IMG/VR virus record: IMGVR_UViG_3300037067_006949
Location: 1-64,000 of that record
Length of the DNA stretch: 64,000 nucleotides
DNA from: a virus
Lineage: Duplodnaviria > Caudoviricetes
Reading direction: 5' to 3' (one strand)
Every line of letters begins with the position of its first letter. Position 1 is the stretch's first letter. This document shows positions 31,461-43,966 of this stretch, one piece after another. A program made the position numbers and the translations under genes. The notes under the pieces were generated by a model. The model saw only the letters and a program-made list of their open reading frames with translations. It searched no databases and had not been told where the DNA came from.

Positions 31461-32644
31461 TGAAATGTTTTTATTGCGAAAAGGAAATTGATACACTTGC
31501 TGGTGAAAAGGCAATGATGGTCGCCATTGATCGACCAATGATAAATTTATTTTTTCACATGGATACTTGTTATAGAGAAATAAAAAATAGGGAATGGGAT
31601 TATTTGAAAGAGAATTCTGAAAGAATTTGGCAACAAGAGATCAATCCTATAAAGAAAGATAAGGCGACAAAGAGGAAATAAAGATGAAAAGAACAGTCCG
31701 TCTTGAATTCGATTCTTGCGTTGAATGCCCATATTTTGAAATATATGATGGATATTCCGAACATCAATATGTGTGTGAGAAATATAGTTTTGTTACTCCG
31801 CTTCTTTCTGGATCGCCGGAAGATGAAGAAATTTTTTCCTCCACATTAAGTAATTGGTTTGAAAACTTATGCCATTTAGATAAAGTAGAACAAATCTACC
31901 CTTGACACAATTGAATCAATGTGATATTGTTAATAACAGGAGGATAACTATGGATGACGAGTTTACGCGAAGATGTGATGTTAGAATAGAAAATTTAGAG
32001 CCAGTCAAAAAGAGATGCCATATGGAAAAAGATATGATTGGATATTATCAAACTATTGGCGAGATAAACGGAATTACTTATGCAAGAGATACGTACATGG
32101 CACTAATGGAATTGAAATATCAAATTGTCATTTCCGGCATAAAATGAACCTTTTAAGTAAGGGAGAAAAAAATAATGAACTTTGAAAATATGGTAAAGAT
32201 GTTTCAAGTTTCAGATTATATATTTGCCGTTTTTAGTGGTGGAACACACGATGGCCAAAGAATTAAGCTTGATTCTATTAAGGCGACGATTTGGTTCTCA
32301 AAACCACTAGAAGTCTATTCCTTTAGCTATCTTTGCTACGATAATACTTGGGCGTTTAAATTGATCGAAAATGAAAAAGGAGGAGACCATGGATAAGATT
32401 TTGAACGAAGTCAAAGAAATGCGCAAAGAATTTCTGGATAACTTATTGCTTGATCAACTTCATAGCAAATCTTATATTGATGAGAAATGCACGAAATGTG
32501 CTTTTCATAGTGAGATTTTCCATAACAATCGTGTGATCCATCTTTGTAATGATGTATGGTCTGGAGACTGGCATGTTGGGAAGCACATTTTTTATTCTGA
32601 AACAAAGGATATTTGTATAGAATGCGATGGGTTTAAGGACAAAA

Positions 32645-33088
32645 ATGGATAAAATTGAACTAGCAAAGTCGTTTGCTTATATATATCATAGAGATCAAAA
32701 ATATGGTGAAGAACCTTATTACAATCACTTATGGCGAGTTTTTGATGCTGTAAAGAAGGCTGGTTATGGAGAAGATTATCAAATTGTAGCTTTGCTTCAT
32801 GATTCTGTTGAAGACACTAGTATGAGTTATGAGACAATTGAGAGAAATTTTGGCGTTGAAATAGCAGGTGATATTGCATCTATTACCCATATAGAGCGCG
32901 AAAAATACTTTGATTATATTCGAGAATCCGTGATGCATAACGAGGTTGCCAAAGTAGTTAAGTTCTTTGACTTGATGGACAATCTTGAGCATGGTTTCTT
33001 GAATGAAAAATACGCCTCTTTAATTCCGAGATATAAAAAAGCGTTACAGATTATGACTTTGGGAGATGTGAAATGGGAAGACAAATAG
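32645..33088 (+). CDS. HD-domain hydrolase, RelA/SpoT small alarmone hydrolase-like
   Basis: A...H..Q.YG.EPY..HL; ALLHDSVEDT; VK..D..DN. Confidence 0.8.
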   Translation: MDKIELAKSFAYIYHRDQKYGEEPYYNHLWRVFDAVKKAGYGEDYQIVALLHDSVEDTSMSYETIERNFGVEIAGDIASITHIEREKYFDYIRESVMHNEVAKVVKFFDLMDNLEHGFLNEKYASLIPRYKKALQIMTLGDVKWEDK

Positions 33089-33399
33089 CAAAACAACCTA
33101 ATGGTTTATATGCGGTATGGTCTAGTATTGCTGACGATTTTATTGTTGAGGACGCAACAGAAGAAGAGATTCGCAATTGGTGGATAAAAGATGCTATTGA
33201 GGATGCAACTGAAAGGGCTAATAGAAGTTTAAACGATTCGTTTATGAGAATTGAGAAAAATGGTACAGATAATTGGGGAGATGACTACAAATATCTGTCA
33301 GAAATTCGTGATGAAGTTCATGGAGAACATAACAATTGCGACGCTTGCGATTTAGATTATCCTATTTGTAATAATTGTTTAGGCGCTTAAGGAGATTTT

Positions 33400-34491
33400 A
33401 TGTCGTCATTGATTGTAAAGATTTGTAAAGTTGAAAACGTTACCAAACATCCGAATGCTGATAGGCTGTCAATAGCTACTGTGGGCGGTTGGAATTGTAT
33501 TGTTGGTCTTGATCAATACAAGACTGGAGATAAGGTTGTTTTTATTCCTCCCGATTGTGTTATTCCAAATAACCTAATTGAGAAATATAATCTTGAATAT
33601 TTAAAACACAATGGTCGTACCGGAACGGTAAAGCTTCGCGGTTACATTTCTCAAGGTTTGATTTTGGATGTTCCAGAAGGCAGTTGGAAAGTGGGAGATG
33701 ACGTTGCTAATGCCATGGGCATTACAAAATATGAACAGCCAGAGCCCAAATTCTCAATTGGCGGCGCAAGACAATCAACCAAGAGGAAACTAAATCCGTT
33801 GTTTGATAAATACACTGATATCGAGAACATTAACAACTTCAATGACGTGTTTAAAGATGGTGATCTGGTGGTTGTAACCGAAAAAATCCATGGATGCAAT
33901 GGCAGATGGTCTTTGTTACCAATTGCATATAGTAACAAATTACCGTTGATTGAAAAGATTAAGTTTGTATGGAATAAATATATCCTAAAAAAGAAATTTG
34001 AATTTGTATATGGTAGCCATAACGTTCAGTTGACTAGTGATTCAAGAACTAAAAACTTTTATGGCGATGATGTTTGGGGAAAAATTGCGAAGAAATATGA
34101 TCTGGCAAATAAAATTTCAGAAAACACTATCGTTTATGGCGAAGTTTATGGAGAGGGAATTCAAGATTTGACTTATGGTTTGAAGGGCATTGACTTTGCA
34201 ATATTTGATATCAAACGTGATGGGATATATTTGAATTGGGAAGAGGTTGTAAATTATTGTATTCAGCATGGTCTGCCTAATGTTCCTATGATTTCCTGTA
34301 ATGTGAAATTTGATAAAAACAAATTGAAAGATTGGACTGACGGAAAATCGTTTGTTTATAAGGAACAGTTTCGTGAGGGGTGTGTCATTAAACCGATGAT
34401 TGAAGAAAATGATCCTAGAATTGGCAGAAAGATTTTGAAGAGTGTGAGCACAGAATATCTTACTCGCAAGGGTGGAACAGAATTTCAATAA
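33400..34491 (+). CDS. RNA ligase, DRB0094/Rnl2 family, with N-terminal tRNA-binding OB fold
   Basis: HPNADRL; TEKIHG (motif I); YGE; FDI; REGCVIK; K.VS.EYL. Confidence 0.88.
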   Translation: MSSLIVKICKVENVTKHPNADRLSIATVGGWNCIVGLDQYKTGDKVVFIPPDCVIPNNLIEKYNLEYLKHNGRTGTVKLRGYISQGLILDVPEGSWKVGDDVANAMGITKYEQPEPKFSIGGARQSTKRKLNPLFDKYTDIENINNFNDVFKDGDLVVVTEKIHGCNGRWSLLPIAYSNKLPLIEKIKFVWNKYILKKKFEFVYGSHNVQLTSDSRTKNFYGDDVWGKIAKKYDLANKISENTIVYGEVYGEGIQDLTYGLKGIDFAIFDIKRDGIYLNWEEVVNYCIQHGLPNVPMISCNVKFDKNKLKDWTDGKSFVYKEQFREGCVIKPMIEENDPRIGRKILKSVSTEYLTRKGGTEFQ

Positions 34492-35017
34492 AATGGTTAT
34501 TTTATGAGAAAAGGAGTTTGAATGGGTAGTTATTGCGAAGTTAGACAGATTTATAGCGGAACAGCATTTATCAATGTGCAAGAAAATATTGATGGAAGGG
34601 TTATGGTTTGGGGGAGCACATATACAAATAAAACTGTTTTAGTTTTTAATGGGATTAATTTTTCGCTGTATCAATTTGAGAATGAGGAATTTTTTAAAGA
34701 GTGGTTGGAAAATAACAGATACAATAGTAATGAAATATTTTTGTTACAGTATGATAACGAATTACGAAAAAATGTTATCGTAAAAATTGATTAAAATAGT
34801 TCTTTTAATCAGACGGAGAATTTATGAAAAAATATTATATATTTAGATGGAAGATAAATAAAATTATTCATGTTATTAAAATGATAATTAGCCCCGAATA
34901 TAGAAAGCAACAAAGGTCGTATATTATTCATCTTGAAGAATCAAGAAAAGAAATTGAAGAATTATTAAAATAACTTTATGCTTAAAACAATTATTCTATG
35001 TAAGTTTTTGGTGACAA

Positions 35018-35197
35018 ATGAGAATAAAAAACAATAAAATGATAAAAAGAAAGACGACAATAAGAATAGATCAAACTTGTTCTGTTTGTCTAGGCGCTAT
35101 TATAAGGGGTTCAGACGTTTGGGTAATAAGTAATTTGCGTGGCAAAAATAGAAAATATTATCACATTGAATGCGGAGACAACATAAATGAGTTTTGA
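35018..35197 (+). CDS. Small Zn-binding protein, paralogue of 36802-37005
   Basis: CSVC...RKYYHIEC; manual translation, 59 aa. Confidence 0.6.
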   Translation: MRIKNNKMIKRKTTIRIDQTCSVCLGAIIRGSDVWVISNLRGKNRKYYHIECGDNINEF

Positions 35198-36305
35198 ACA
35201 ATACAATAATACAATTATTCAAGGAAATGTTTTAGAAGTATTAAGGTCTTTACCATCAAATTTTATAAATATGATTATCACCAGTCCTCCATATTGGGGA
35301 TTGCGAGATTATGGTCTGCCAGATGCAATTTGGGGCGGAAATCCTGATTGCAATCATAATTGGATTGAAAATGTGAGGCATCCTGCTGGCGGAATGGGGA
35401 GTAAGGGTGCTAATGTTGGCGCTAATAGGAACGATTTTGCCAACATGAGAGATCATGACGTGATCAGTAACACTTGTGTAAAATGTGGCGCATGGAAAGG
35501 ACAATTGGGGCAAGAACCAGACTTTCACGATTACATAAAGCATTTGGTTGAAATTTTCAATGAAGCTGGTAGAACCATGGTAGATGATGGCTCCCTATGG
35601 GTAAATTTGGGTGATAGTTATGCTGGAAGTAATCAAGGTTCTGGCACAGAAAAAATAAGCGATAAACAAAAAAGTAATCGTGGCACAAATTATATGAATA
35701 CCTTAAATCACAAAAGTATTTTATCCAAAATTGATGTTCGTTCTAAATCTCTCGTTGGCATTCCAGATCGTTTCAAAGTTGCTATGATTGATTCTGGATG
35801 GATTTGCCGTAACGAAATTATATGGCACAAGCCAAATCAAATGCCATCGTCCGTCAAAGATCGTTTTACTGTTGATTTTGAGAAATTTTATTTTTTCACT
35901 AAGAATGAAAAATATTATTTCGAACAACAGCTAGAAGAGAGCGAATGGGCGAAGATAGATAAACGGGCCGAAACTGGAGCAACTCTTGGTCAAAAAGGTT
36001 CTCAGGGAGGGTATGCACAAAACGAATCTGGAAAATACAGAAAAGACAAGATGCGGAATATGCGTTGTGTGTGGAGCATAAACACCAAACCGCTTAAAGA
36101 GGCTCATTTTGCCGTTTATCCAGAGGGATTGATTGAAACTCCAATTAAAGCTTGTTGCCCTAAAAATGGCATTGTTTTAGACCCATTTTTCGGTTCTGGA
36201 ACATCTGGATTGTCATCTAAGAAATTGGGCAGAAATTATATCGGAATTGATCTCAATCCTGATTATATTGAAATTGCAAGAAATAGAATAGATAAAGTCA
36301 CATAA
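35187..36305 (+). CDS. DNA N4-cytosine/N6-adenine methyltransferase (beta class)
   Basis: TSPPY; IIW.KPN.MP; HFA.YP; LDPFFGSGT. Confidence 0.92.
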   Translation: MSFEQYNNTIIQGNVLEVLRSLPSNFINMIITSPPYWGLRDYGLPDAIWGGNPDCNHNWIENVRHPAGGMGSKGANVGANRNDFANMRDHDVISNTCVKCGAWKGQLGQEPDFHDYIKHLVEIFNEAGRTMVDDGSLWVNLGDSYAGSNQGSGTEKISDKQKSNRGTNYMNTLNHKSILSKIDVRSKSLVGIPDRFKVAMIDSGWICRNEIIWHKPNQMPSSVKDRFTVDFEKFYFFTKNEKYYFEQQLEESEWAKIDKRAETGATLGQKGSQGGYAQNESGKYRKDKMRNMRCVWSINTKPLKEAHFAVYPEGLIETPIKACCPKNGIVLDPFFGSGTSGLSSKKLGRNYIGIDLNPDYIEIARNRIDKVT

Positions 36306-36801
36306 AATTCGAGTTTTAAGCAGATTTAAGGAGAAAATATGAAAATAGAAAAGAATTTTGTTACATTTTTAAGCCCAGGGACATTTTTTAGCGAAGAAAC
36401 AGTTAAAGAAATTGATTCTTGGGACGTAAATAAGGCGGTAGAAATGTCTAAAAATATTGTAGAACGTTATGATGCAACGCCTTATGCGTTTTATTTTACG
36501 ACTCGTGCTAGAGATGATTATGATCTTGATAGTAAACAGATTGATGAAAGCGTTATATATTATCTGGGCGGTGAAATTCGTAGTTTGAAAGACGTTGAAT
36601 TAGAGCTTAATCCAGACAATAATATTCTTATTGAAAATATGAGAAACAATGGTTACAAAAGAGTAATTACCAATTCTGGAAAGTGGAAGAGTGTGCATCC
36701 ACTTAAGGACGGCGATATTGTTTTACAGTATTAAAATTTACATAAAATCTTAGTTTTAAGCATAACACATAGAATTTCAATTTTAAGTAAAGGTGGTTTT
36801 C

Positions 36802-37005
36802 ATGACTATCAAAAATGATAAAATTATTATTAGAAAAATTACGACTAGGGAAAACCAGTTCTGTAATTGGTGTGGAATGGAGATTCCAGAATACACAAAA
36901 GTCATTCTTGCTAGTGATAACAAGGGGAATAACAGAAAATATTATCACATTGAGTGTATAGAAGAAGAGATCAAAACAATCGAGTTCTATCATAAAAATC
37001 CTTGA
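36802..37005 (+). CDS. Small Zn-binding protein, paralogue of 35018-35197
   Basis: CNWC...RKYYHIEC. Confidence 0.6.
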   Translation: MTIKNDKIIIRKITTRENQFCNWCGMEIPEYTKVILASDNKGNNRKYYHIECIEEEIKTIEFYHKNP

Positions 37006-37030
37006 CAGAATGATGGATGTGTGGTAAGAT
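37002..37030 (+). promoter_or_regulatory. Sigma70-type promoter
   Basis: TTGACA-17-TAAGAT with TGTGG; a similar promoter lies at 31902. Confidence 0.65.
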
Positions 37031-39363
37031 TATAGACATTGGAGGGAGATATTATGTTCAAGATTCCTGGAGATTTCAAACCTAGTTTGTTACTGAAAAT
37101 ACTTTGGTATGTGAGCGATATGTTGCTGGTGATTATTGTTACTCTTTTCACACTATTTATGTTTGAATTGATTTTTGGAGTATAATTATGAAATACACAT
37201 CTAAACAATGTAAATATTGCAAAAACGTTTCAAAACTTGATAAAAATGGTAACGTTTACTATGCTGGTGGCATAATGCATAATTCCTGTTGGTATTGTGG
37301 AACGTCTTTTGGAAGTCAACATTGTTTAAAGTTGCTTAAAAATTAGATTTTATGTAAAAGGAGGAAATATGGGTGAATTTAAAGGAACAAAAATAGGTGA
37401 ATGTGCCGGAAGTTTTGAAACTTTGGTTATGCGTCCTTCATTTCATCAAGATGACATCTTTGATCAGGTAATTTATGTTGCTGAATCTGAAGATACGGTA
37501 TCCGTGGCAAGTTTGCAATATTATGACAGGAAGAACAATACCGGAAGTCAATATTCACATTTTTGGTTCACTCCAGAAGAGATTGATATTTTGGTAAAAG
37601 CTCTTCTTGAAGCAAAGGAAAAGGTTGTCAACGCATTGTCAATACAAAGTGAAAATATTGTCAATACAAAATAAAAGATTGCGAGGACAATAATGATTGC
37701 AAGAATAAAATCTTGGATGTATGATCAGATGTGGAAATTGATTAAATTTATAACAGAATGTATTTCTGAAGAATTACAATAAAAGACTTGTTTTAAGGAG
37801 AATATGATGAATTTTATTGAAAAAATTAGGAATGCCATTGGGGATGACATGGAAGTTGTCAGATTTGCCTTTTGGAATAAGGAAATGGCAGTTTATTTGT
37901 GGGAAAAAGAAATTCCAATTTCTGTATTCCCATTTCAAGAATCAAGCTATGACAATATTGTTCTTGATGTGGAGGGATATGAATGGAAATTGACTACATT
38001 CCAAGTTGAAAAAATTGGTGAGGTTATGAATATCTTGAGAGAAAGCATAACCGAAATTAGAGAATTGACAAAAGATTTATAACAAAACTAAGAAAGAAAA
38101 TATGAGAGGAGAAAAACAATGGTTAGGAATTTGAGCATTACATGGGAAGACAAAAACAAGTGGATTGATATTGATGGTCGTAAAGGATTCAATATCCTTT
38201 ATAGTAGCGTACCAACGGGTTATGGTATGCAATGCAATTATGATGAAGCTGACGATTCTAAGGAGTATAAAATGGTGCTAGATGTTCTCAAAAATATTAG
38301 GGATAATGTTTCCAAATTAATCGAACTCAACGAAACTCCATTTGAAAAAGACACCGAAGGTTTGACTTACGAATAAAAATTACTTAAAATTGATCTTTTA
38401 AGCATAAATGTTACATTCGCGCTTATCCAGACGAAAATATAAGCGCAGAAGGAACAGAGGAATGAAAATTCAATATTGCTTTCTATCATGGCTCGATTCT
38501 ATTTTGAGTGGATGGATACCCGTCAAACGAAGGCTACCGCGACATAAACATAAATCAGTAACGCTTGGCATACTTTGCTTCTGCTTACTTGATGGCTATT
38601 ATCCAGCCGTGTGTTTATTTTCTTCGGCAGATAAAAAGTGGTTCAGGGAAAATAGTCATGAAGATATTACAGAAAATGTAACTCACTGGAAGTCCTCTGT
38701 TACCCCTCCAATATTTTTCACTGAATGGATAATAAACAAGAGGAGGAACAACAATGAGTAAACCAGAATCTTATCATCTTAATAATGGATGTTGGAACTG
38801 TAGGTTTAAAAGCAGAACTTCAATTGTATATGACACATTTTGCATATTCGGAAATGAATATGCAAAATTCTACGATTTGGACGACATAGAAGATGATGAT
38901 GAATGGGAGAAAAAAAGAAGATTAAATTCTGAATATACCAAAAGGTGTACGGCTAAACCATATGGGCATTGTGATGAGTGGAAAATTTAAGGAGAATGAA
39001 TAATGAGTTTTATACAAAAATTAATTGATGATACTAATAAAGGTGATTGGGATTTTTATTGGAAGTATAACGAAGGATCGGACACTTTTACTTTGAATAA
39101 ACCCAAACATTATTTGACTGGATTGAATTTTACAACCGCCAATAAAAGCAAATCTGTTATTTTTCCTAATGGGTCAGAATTGTTTACTGAGCAATTGGGC
39201 AATCTTGAAACCGCCGTTAGATCGTCTTTATTGAGTACGATGAATCAAAGCATTGAAATGTATTTGGCAAATAAAGAGTTGACTCCAGATCAAGAAGCAA
39301 TTTTGGCTGAACAAGAAAGCAAAAAGAATGCGGTGGAACCCAAAGCAAAAGTAGAAAAATAAT

Positions 39364-39696
39364 ATGCTAAAAGTGTATACGTCTCAATATAAATATGATG
39401 GCGAAAATCGCCTTGACATTACGGTAAAGACTGGTTTGCAGATGTTTGCGCCCACATGGGATATGGTAAATGGAGTAAAAAGAGAAGAATCATATTCTCA
39501 TGAGAAATATACCAAAGAATATTATGAAAAAATGCGCACGTCTTATAAAACGCATAGGCTGGAGTGGGATTGGCTTTTGAAACAGGATAGAGTGGTTCTT
39601 GTGTGTTTTTGTAAAGCCGGAGATTTTTGCCATAGATTACTTTTGGCTGATATATTAGTAAAATTGGGCGCAAAATATATAGGAGAAATTCCTTAA
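39364..39696 (+). CDS. DUF488-like protein
   Basis: FAPTW; Y...Y; VL.CFC....FCHR..LA. Confidence 0.65.
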   Translation: MLKVYTSQYKYDGENRLDITVKTGLQMFAPTWDMVNGVKREESYSHEKYTKEYYEKMRTSYKTHRLEWDWLLKQDRVVLVCFCKAGDFCHRLLLADILVKLGAKYIGEIP

Positions 39697-40723
39697 AAGG
39701 AACTTTATGTATAAAGAAGTCATAGTTTATTTAAAAGATGGCACTAAAGACCTTATTGATCCGGTAAACAGCAAAGAAGATGTAAAATATTATGATGATG
39801 TAATCATTATTAGTAACGGATATAATGATTATGAATATGACAAAAGCAAAGTTGATAAAATTGAAATTATAGATATTGTTTAGGGAGAAACTATGCAAGA
39901 CAGAGAAGTAAAACATCCAAGCGAAATGACTAGAGAAGAATTGCTAGATTTAGTATGGCAAATGAGTTCTTCGGCTTTAGATTTGGCACAGCATCTTGAA
40001 AGTACGGAATGGTTAAAGGTTCAGTACAGGAAAAAATGCTATGAACGCGCTATTCAAATGGCTTGGCAAATTTGTAATGCATGGGAGTACGAGCGTAAAG
40101 AGGGCAATATGCAAATCGCATATTTCGGCGGAAACGGATTGGAAGTTATTAACGGAGATGTTTCTCAATTAGTAGATGGAACGTTGCCGACTTCTGCGCC
40201 TGATGAAGATAAAGAATTAGATTACAATGATTTTGAACAGTTATATATGGCATTAGATGGTTGGATTCCTTCTGAACAAGAGATAAAAGAACTTGATAAT
40301 CATTTCAAATATTTCAGAGAATTAACAGAAGATAAAGTGGGAAAAGATCACGTTGATGTAAAGGTTAAAACTTTGAATAGAATGGCGTATAAATCTGAAT
40401 TTATACACGACTTGGCCAAGGCGAGTAGAAAATTGTTAGACATGATCGACAAAGACGCATGGATACCAAAAACATTGGATTAAGAGGAGATTTATTTTGA
40501 TTAACGTTTGGGTTTTTATTATAGCATGTGTTATTTTTATTGGTATTTTAATCAGAGAATTTTTACACGACAAAGATATGGAAGACAAATATAAAGCCTT
40601 GCAAGAGGCTAACGAAGGTTTGATAATGGTTTTAGGATATTATTCCATGCGCTTTGGACAAATTACAACTGAAGACCTTACAAATATGGTAGGGATTGAG
40701 GCAGAAAAGTTGAGGTTAAAAAA

Positions 40724-41326
40724 ATGAATGGTGTAGACAAAATAAATACGTTCAAAAAAGAATTAGAATTTGTTAAAAATCCGCAAATCAAGTTGTTTGC
40801 AGAAAAGGCAATTGAAAGTTTGCCAGACTACTTTTTTACGATTCCTGCATCAAGTACGGGTAAATATCATCCGTCTTATGCGCTTGGCGACGGAGGCCTT
40901 GTTAGGCACACAATTGCAGCCGTAAGGATCGCTATCGAATTATTCAGAACTGGATTATGGAAATTCACCGACGATCATAAAGATTTGATTTTGGTTGGAC
41001 TTATTCTTCACGATGGATTCAAGTCTGGTAGCCCTCAAGAAAAGTATAGCAAAACAGATCATCCCAAAATCGTTTCATATGAAATTTCTCACAACGAATC
41101 ATTGAAAGGTTTGATTCCGCAAGAACAGATGGATTATTTGTTGAGTAACATAGCAACGCACATGGGACGTTGGGTTTTTGACTATAAAACCAAAGAAAAA
41201 GTTTTGGAAGAACCGAAAACTCCATCACAAATATTTACTCATCTTGCAGATTATCTTGCCAGTCGTAAGCAATTAGAATTCAATTTTGACGTAGAAATTT
41301 CAAAAGAGGACGAGCCAAAGGCATAA
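40724..41326 (+). CDS. HD-domain phosphohydrolase
   Basis: ASSTGKYHP...GGLVRHT; LHD; HMG; ADYL. Confidence 0.85.
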   Translation: MNGVDKINTFKKELEFVKNPQIKLFAEKAIESLPDYFFTIPASSTGKYHPSYALGDGGLVRHTIAAVRIAIELFRTGLWKFTDDHKDLILVGLILHDGFKSGSPQEKYSKTDHPKIVSYEISHNESLKGLIPQEQMDYLLSNIATHMGRWVFDYKTKEKVLEEPKTPSQIFTHLADYLASRKQLEFNFDVEISKEDEPKA

Positions 41327-42011
41327 CGTGACTATTAAGTGGAAAATATTCTTATTTTTTAGCGACATATCTAGATGGATTTACCGTTTGATATGGAAAA
41401 TATGTCATATAAGGTTGTATAAAAATCCAGAGAAATATATACCAAAGGATATGCCATATTGTTATGAATACACTGGAGAAATGATTACCAGATCAGTACC
41501 GTGGGGATTAGATCAATGGGGAAGAAAAAGATTTATTGATGCTTCTTTTACAGAAACTAAGCCTTGCATTTTTCACAAAAATTTATGGAATTTAGATTTA
41601 TGTATGTTTAATGGAAGTGATTGTTGCATGGATTCTTGTAAAACTTGCGGAATAAATGACTATTTAGATTAATTTTCATAAGGAGATAAAATGAGTGCTG
41701 ATACCGGAATTTATATTGCTAAATTTCCAGAAGGTTATAGAGTAACCGAAGTCGTTCAATGTATTGAAAATGTTTATTATTATAATCCTGGCACAAAAAG
41801 ACGTAAAAAAGAATTGGAAGCATATTTTGGCAATAGTGAAGTTTATCCGACGCGAGAACTTGCGTCTAGTAAGGCTTGGAAAATCTATGATGAGTACAAT
41901 CGTGAAGAAGAAGATTCTGGGATGGGATGCCCAATCGAATATGGCATTAGCTATATTGGTGAATATGAAAGTTTTGAATAAAACTGGCATTTTAAGCAAA
42001 TTTGGAGGATA

Positions 42012-43043
42012 ATGAATTATAACGAAATTATAAATACACATTATACAATTTTGGAATCTTTACCTGAAGAAGAAATTTATAATGTTGTTACAACTTTGAT
42101 TGAACATTATCGTGAATACGGATTTCCTTATTTTGAAATAGATAAAAATAAAATTAAAAAAGAATACAAATCGTTATCGAAATCTGATTCTTCAAAAATA
42201 GAATTGCCAAACAATGAATTGCAACAAGGAATGTTGGGATTGGCTACTTGTAACATGTTTCATCCAGAAATGTACTCTACGCATTGTAAAAGCGCCAAAT
42301 CTCCTATGGACGTATTTTTAGATGATAAGTTGTTTAGGGTTGCACTTATAAAAAGAATAAAATATAATGATCGTAATATCAATCCTTCATGTGTACGCAG
42401 AACCCTAACAGCTTTTGGTGCTCAAGCGGTTTCCAATTTCCGCCCATCTATTGCGAAATGGGTATATCAAAAATATTGTCTTTCAGGCGGTAAAGTTTTA
42501 GACCCATGCATGGGTTATGGAGGAAGATTGATGGGCGCATTTTGTTCTCATGTAAGCTCTTACACGGGGGTTGATCCTAACCAAGATGCGTTCAATGGTA
42601 ACAAAAATCTTTATCAAAGTTTGGTTGACTCTGCTGAAAATAACGTTTATCCAAAAATGAATTTTTATAATTTGCCATTTGAAGATTTTGAAGAAGTTGA
42701 AAAATATAATTTAGTTTTTACTTCGCCTCCATATTTTAATATTGAAAAATATTCTAATGAAGAAACTCAATCTTATTTACGTTACCCGTTATATTCAGAA
42801 TGGCGAGATAAATTTTTAAAGATTTTAATCAGTAAATCTTTTGAATACTTAGAGAATGGTGGCTATCTAGTTTTGAATGTTGGAAAGCCCGTTGATGAAG
42901 ACACAAAAGAAATCGGATCGAGCATTTTTGGAAGGCATCCAGAAGTTTATCACATGAGATTGAGTAAGCTTCTTGGTCAAGGAAATAAATCGGATGTAAG
43001 TCATAAAACGGAGCCAATATTTGTGTGGCAAAAACTTACATAA
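42012..43043 (+). CDS. DNA amino-methyltransferase
   Basis: NFRP..AK; LDPCMGYGGRL SAM-binding loop; FTSPPYF. Confidence 0.85.
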   Translation: MNYNEIINTHYTILESLPEEEIYNVVTTLIEHYREYGFPYFEIDKNKIKKEYKSLSKSDSSKIELPNNELQQGMLGLATCNMFHPEMYSTHCKSAKSPMDVFLDDKLFRVALIKRIKYNDRNINPSCVRRTLTAFGAQAVSNFRPSIAKWVYQKYCLSGGKVLDPCMGYGGRLMGAFCSHVSSYTGVDPNQDAFNGNKNLYQSLVDSAENNVYPKMNFYNLPFEDFEEVEKYNLVFTSPPYFNIEKYSNEETQSYLRYPLYSEWRDKFLKILISKSFEYLENGGYLVLNVGKPVDEDTKEIGSSIFGRHPEVYHMRLSKLLGQGNKSDVSHKTEPIFVWQKLT

Positions 43044-43333
43044 AAATTACATTTTAAGTAAAAAATAAGGAGAAAAAATGTTAAATATTACTTATGATTC
43101 AAATAGACCCATTGAAGAAGGGCAATATTATGTTGAACTTGCTTATTTTGTTGATGGCGGATATGGGGCGTCACATTTAAACAATTTGGGATATTGGTGC
43201 GATAAAGAACATTTAAAAGAGGCAATTGTAAAACCAGCACTAAAAGCTGTCAGCAATGACATTTTGGATAAAATTTTAGATTAAAAATCTAATAAAAGAA
43301 CGCTTTTATGTAAATTTTGAAGAGGAGGAATTA

Positions 43334-43966
43334 TTGAAGGGTGAAATTGTATTTTTGGAATATCAACAAGCAGTTGATTTTTTGTTACCCAGACATTATT
43401 CTGGTCGAACACCTTCAATTAGCCATGCGTTTGGTTGGCGCGTAAATAATGAATTAGTGGCAGTGTGTACTTTTGGGAAGCCCGCAAGCCCCCAATTGTG
43501 TTACGGTATTTGTGGTAAAGAATATCAGGATAAGGTATATGAATTAAATAGATTATGTAGGGTTGATGAATTAGAATTGCCATTGAGCAGTTTTGTGGCG
43601 GGGTGTTTGCGAAGATTGAGTGTTTATAATTACATTATTGTAAGTTATTCTGATACAGAAATGAATCACCATGGATATATTTATCAAGCATGTAATTTTT
43701 TATACACAGGAGCAACCAAAGAAAGAACAGATAAATATACCGAAGGCAACAAACATAGTAGACATTACAACAACGATGATCAAAATGGATTAAGAAAAAT
43801 TAGAAGTTCAAAACATAGATATGTATTTTTTGCCACAAGAAATAAAAAAATTAAGAAAGAATATATGGAACATTTAAATTATCCTATATTGCCATATCCT
43901 AAAGGTGATAATGATAATTATATTCTTGGAGAATATTTGGAGCCAAGGATCATAAAATCAACATGA
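43334..43966 (+). CDS. Mom-like GNAT-fold adenine modification enzyme
   Basis: HYS; ELNRL; SYSD....H.GYIYQA.NFLYTG; KHRY. Confidence 0.8.
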   Translation: MKGEIVFLEYQQAVDFLLPRHYSGRTPSISHAFGWRVNNELVAVCTFGKPASPQLCYGICGKEYQDKVYELNRLCRVDELELPLSSFVAGCLRRLSVYNYIIVSYSDTEMNHHGYIYQACNFLYTGATKERTDKYTEGNKHSRHYNNDDQNGLRKIRSSKHRYVFFATRNKKIKKEYMEHLNYPILPYPKGDNDNYILGEYLEPRIIKST

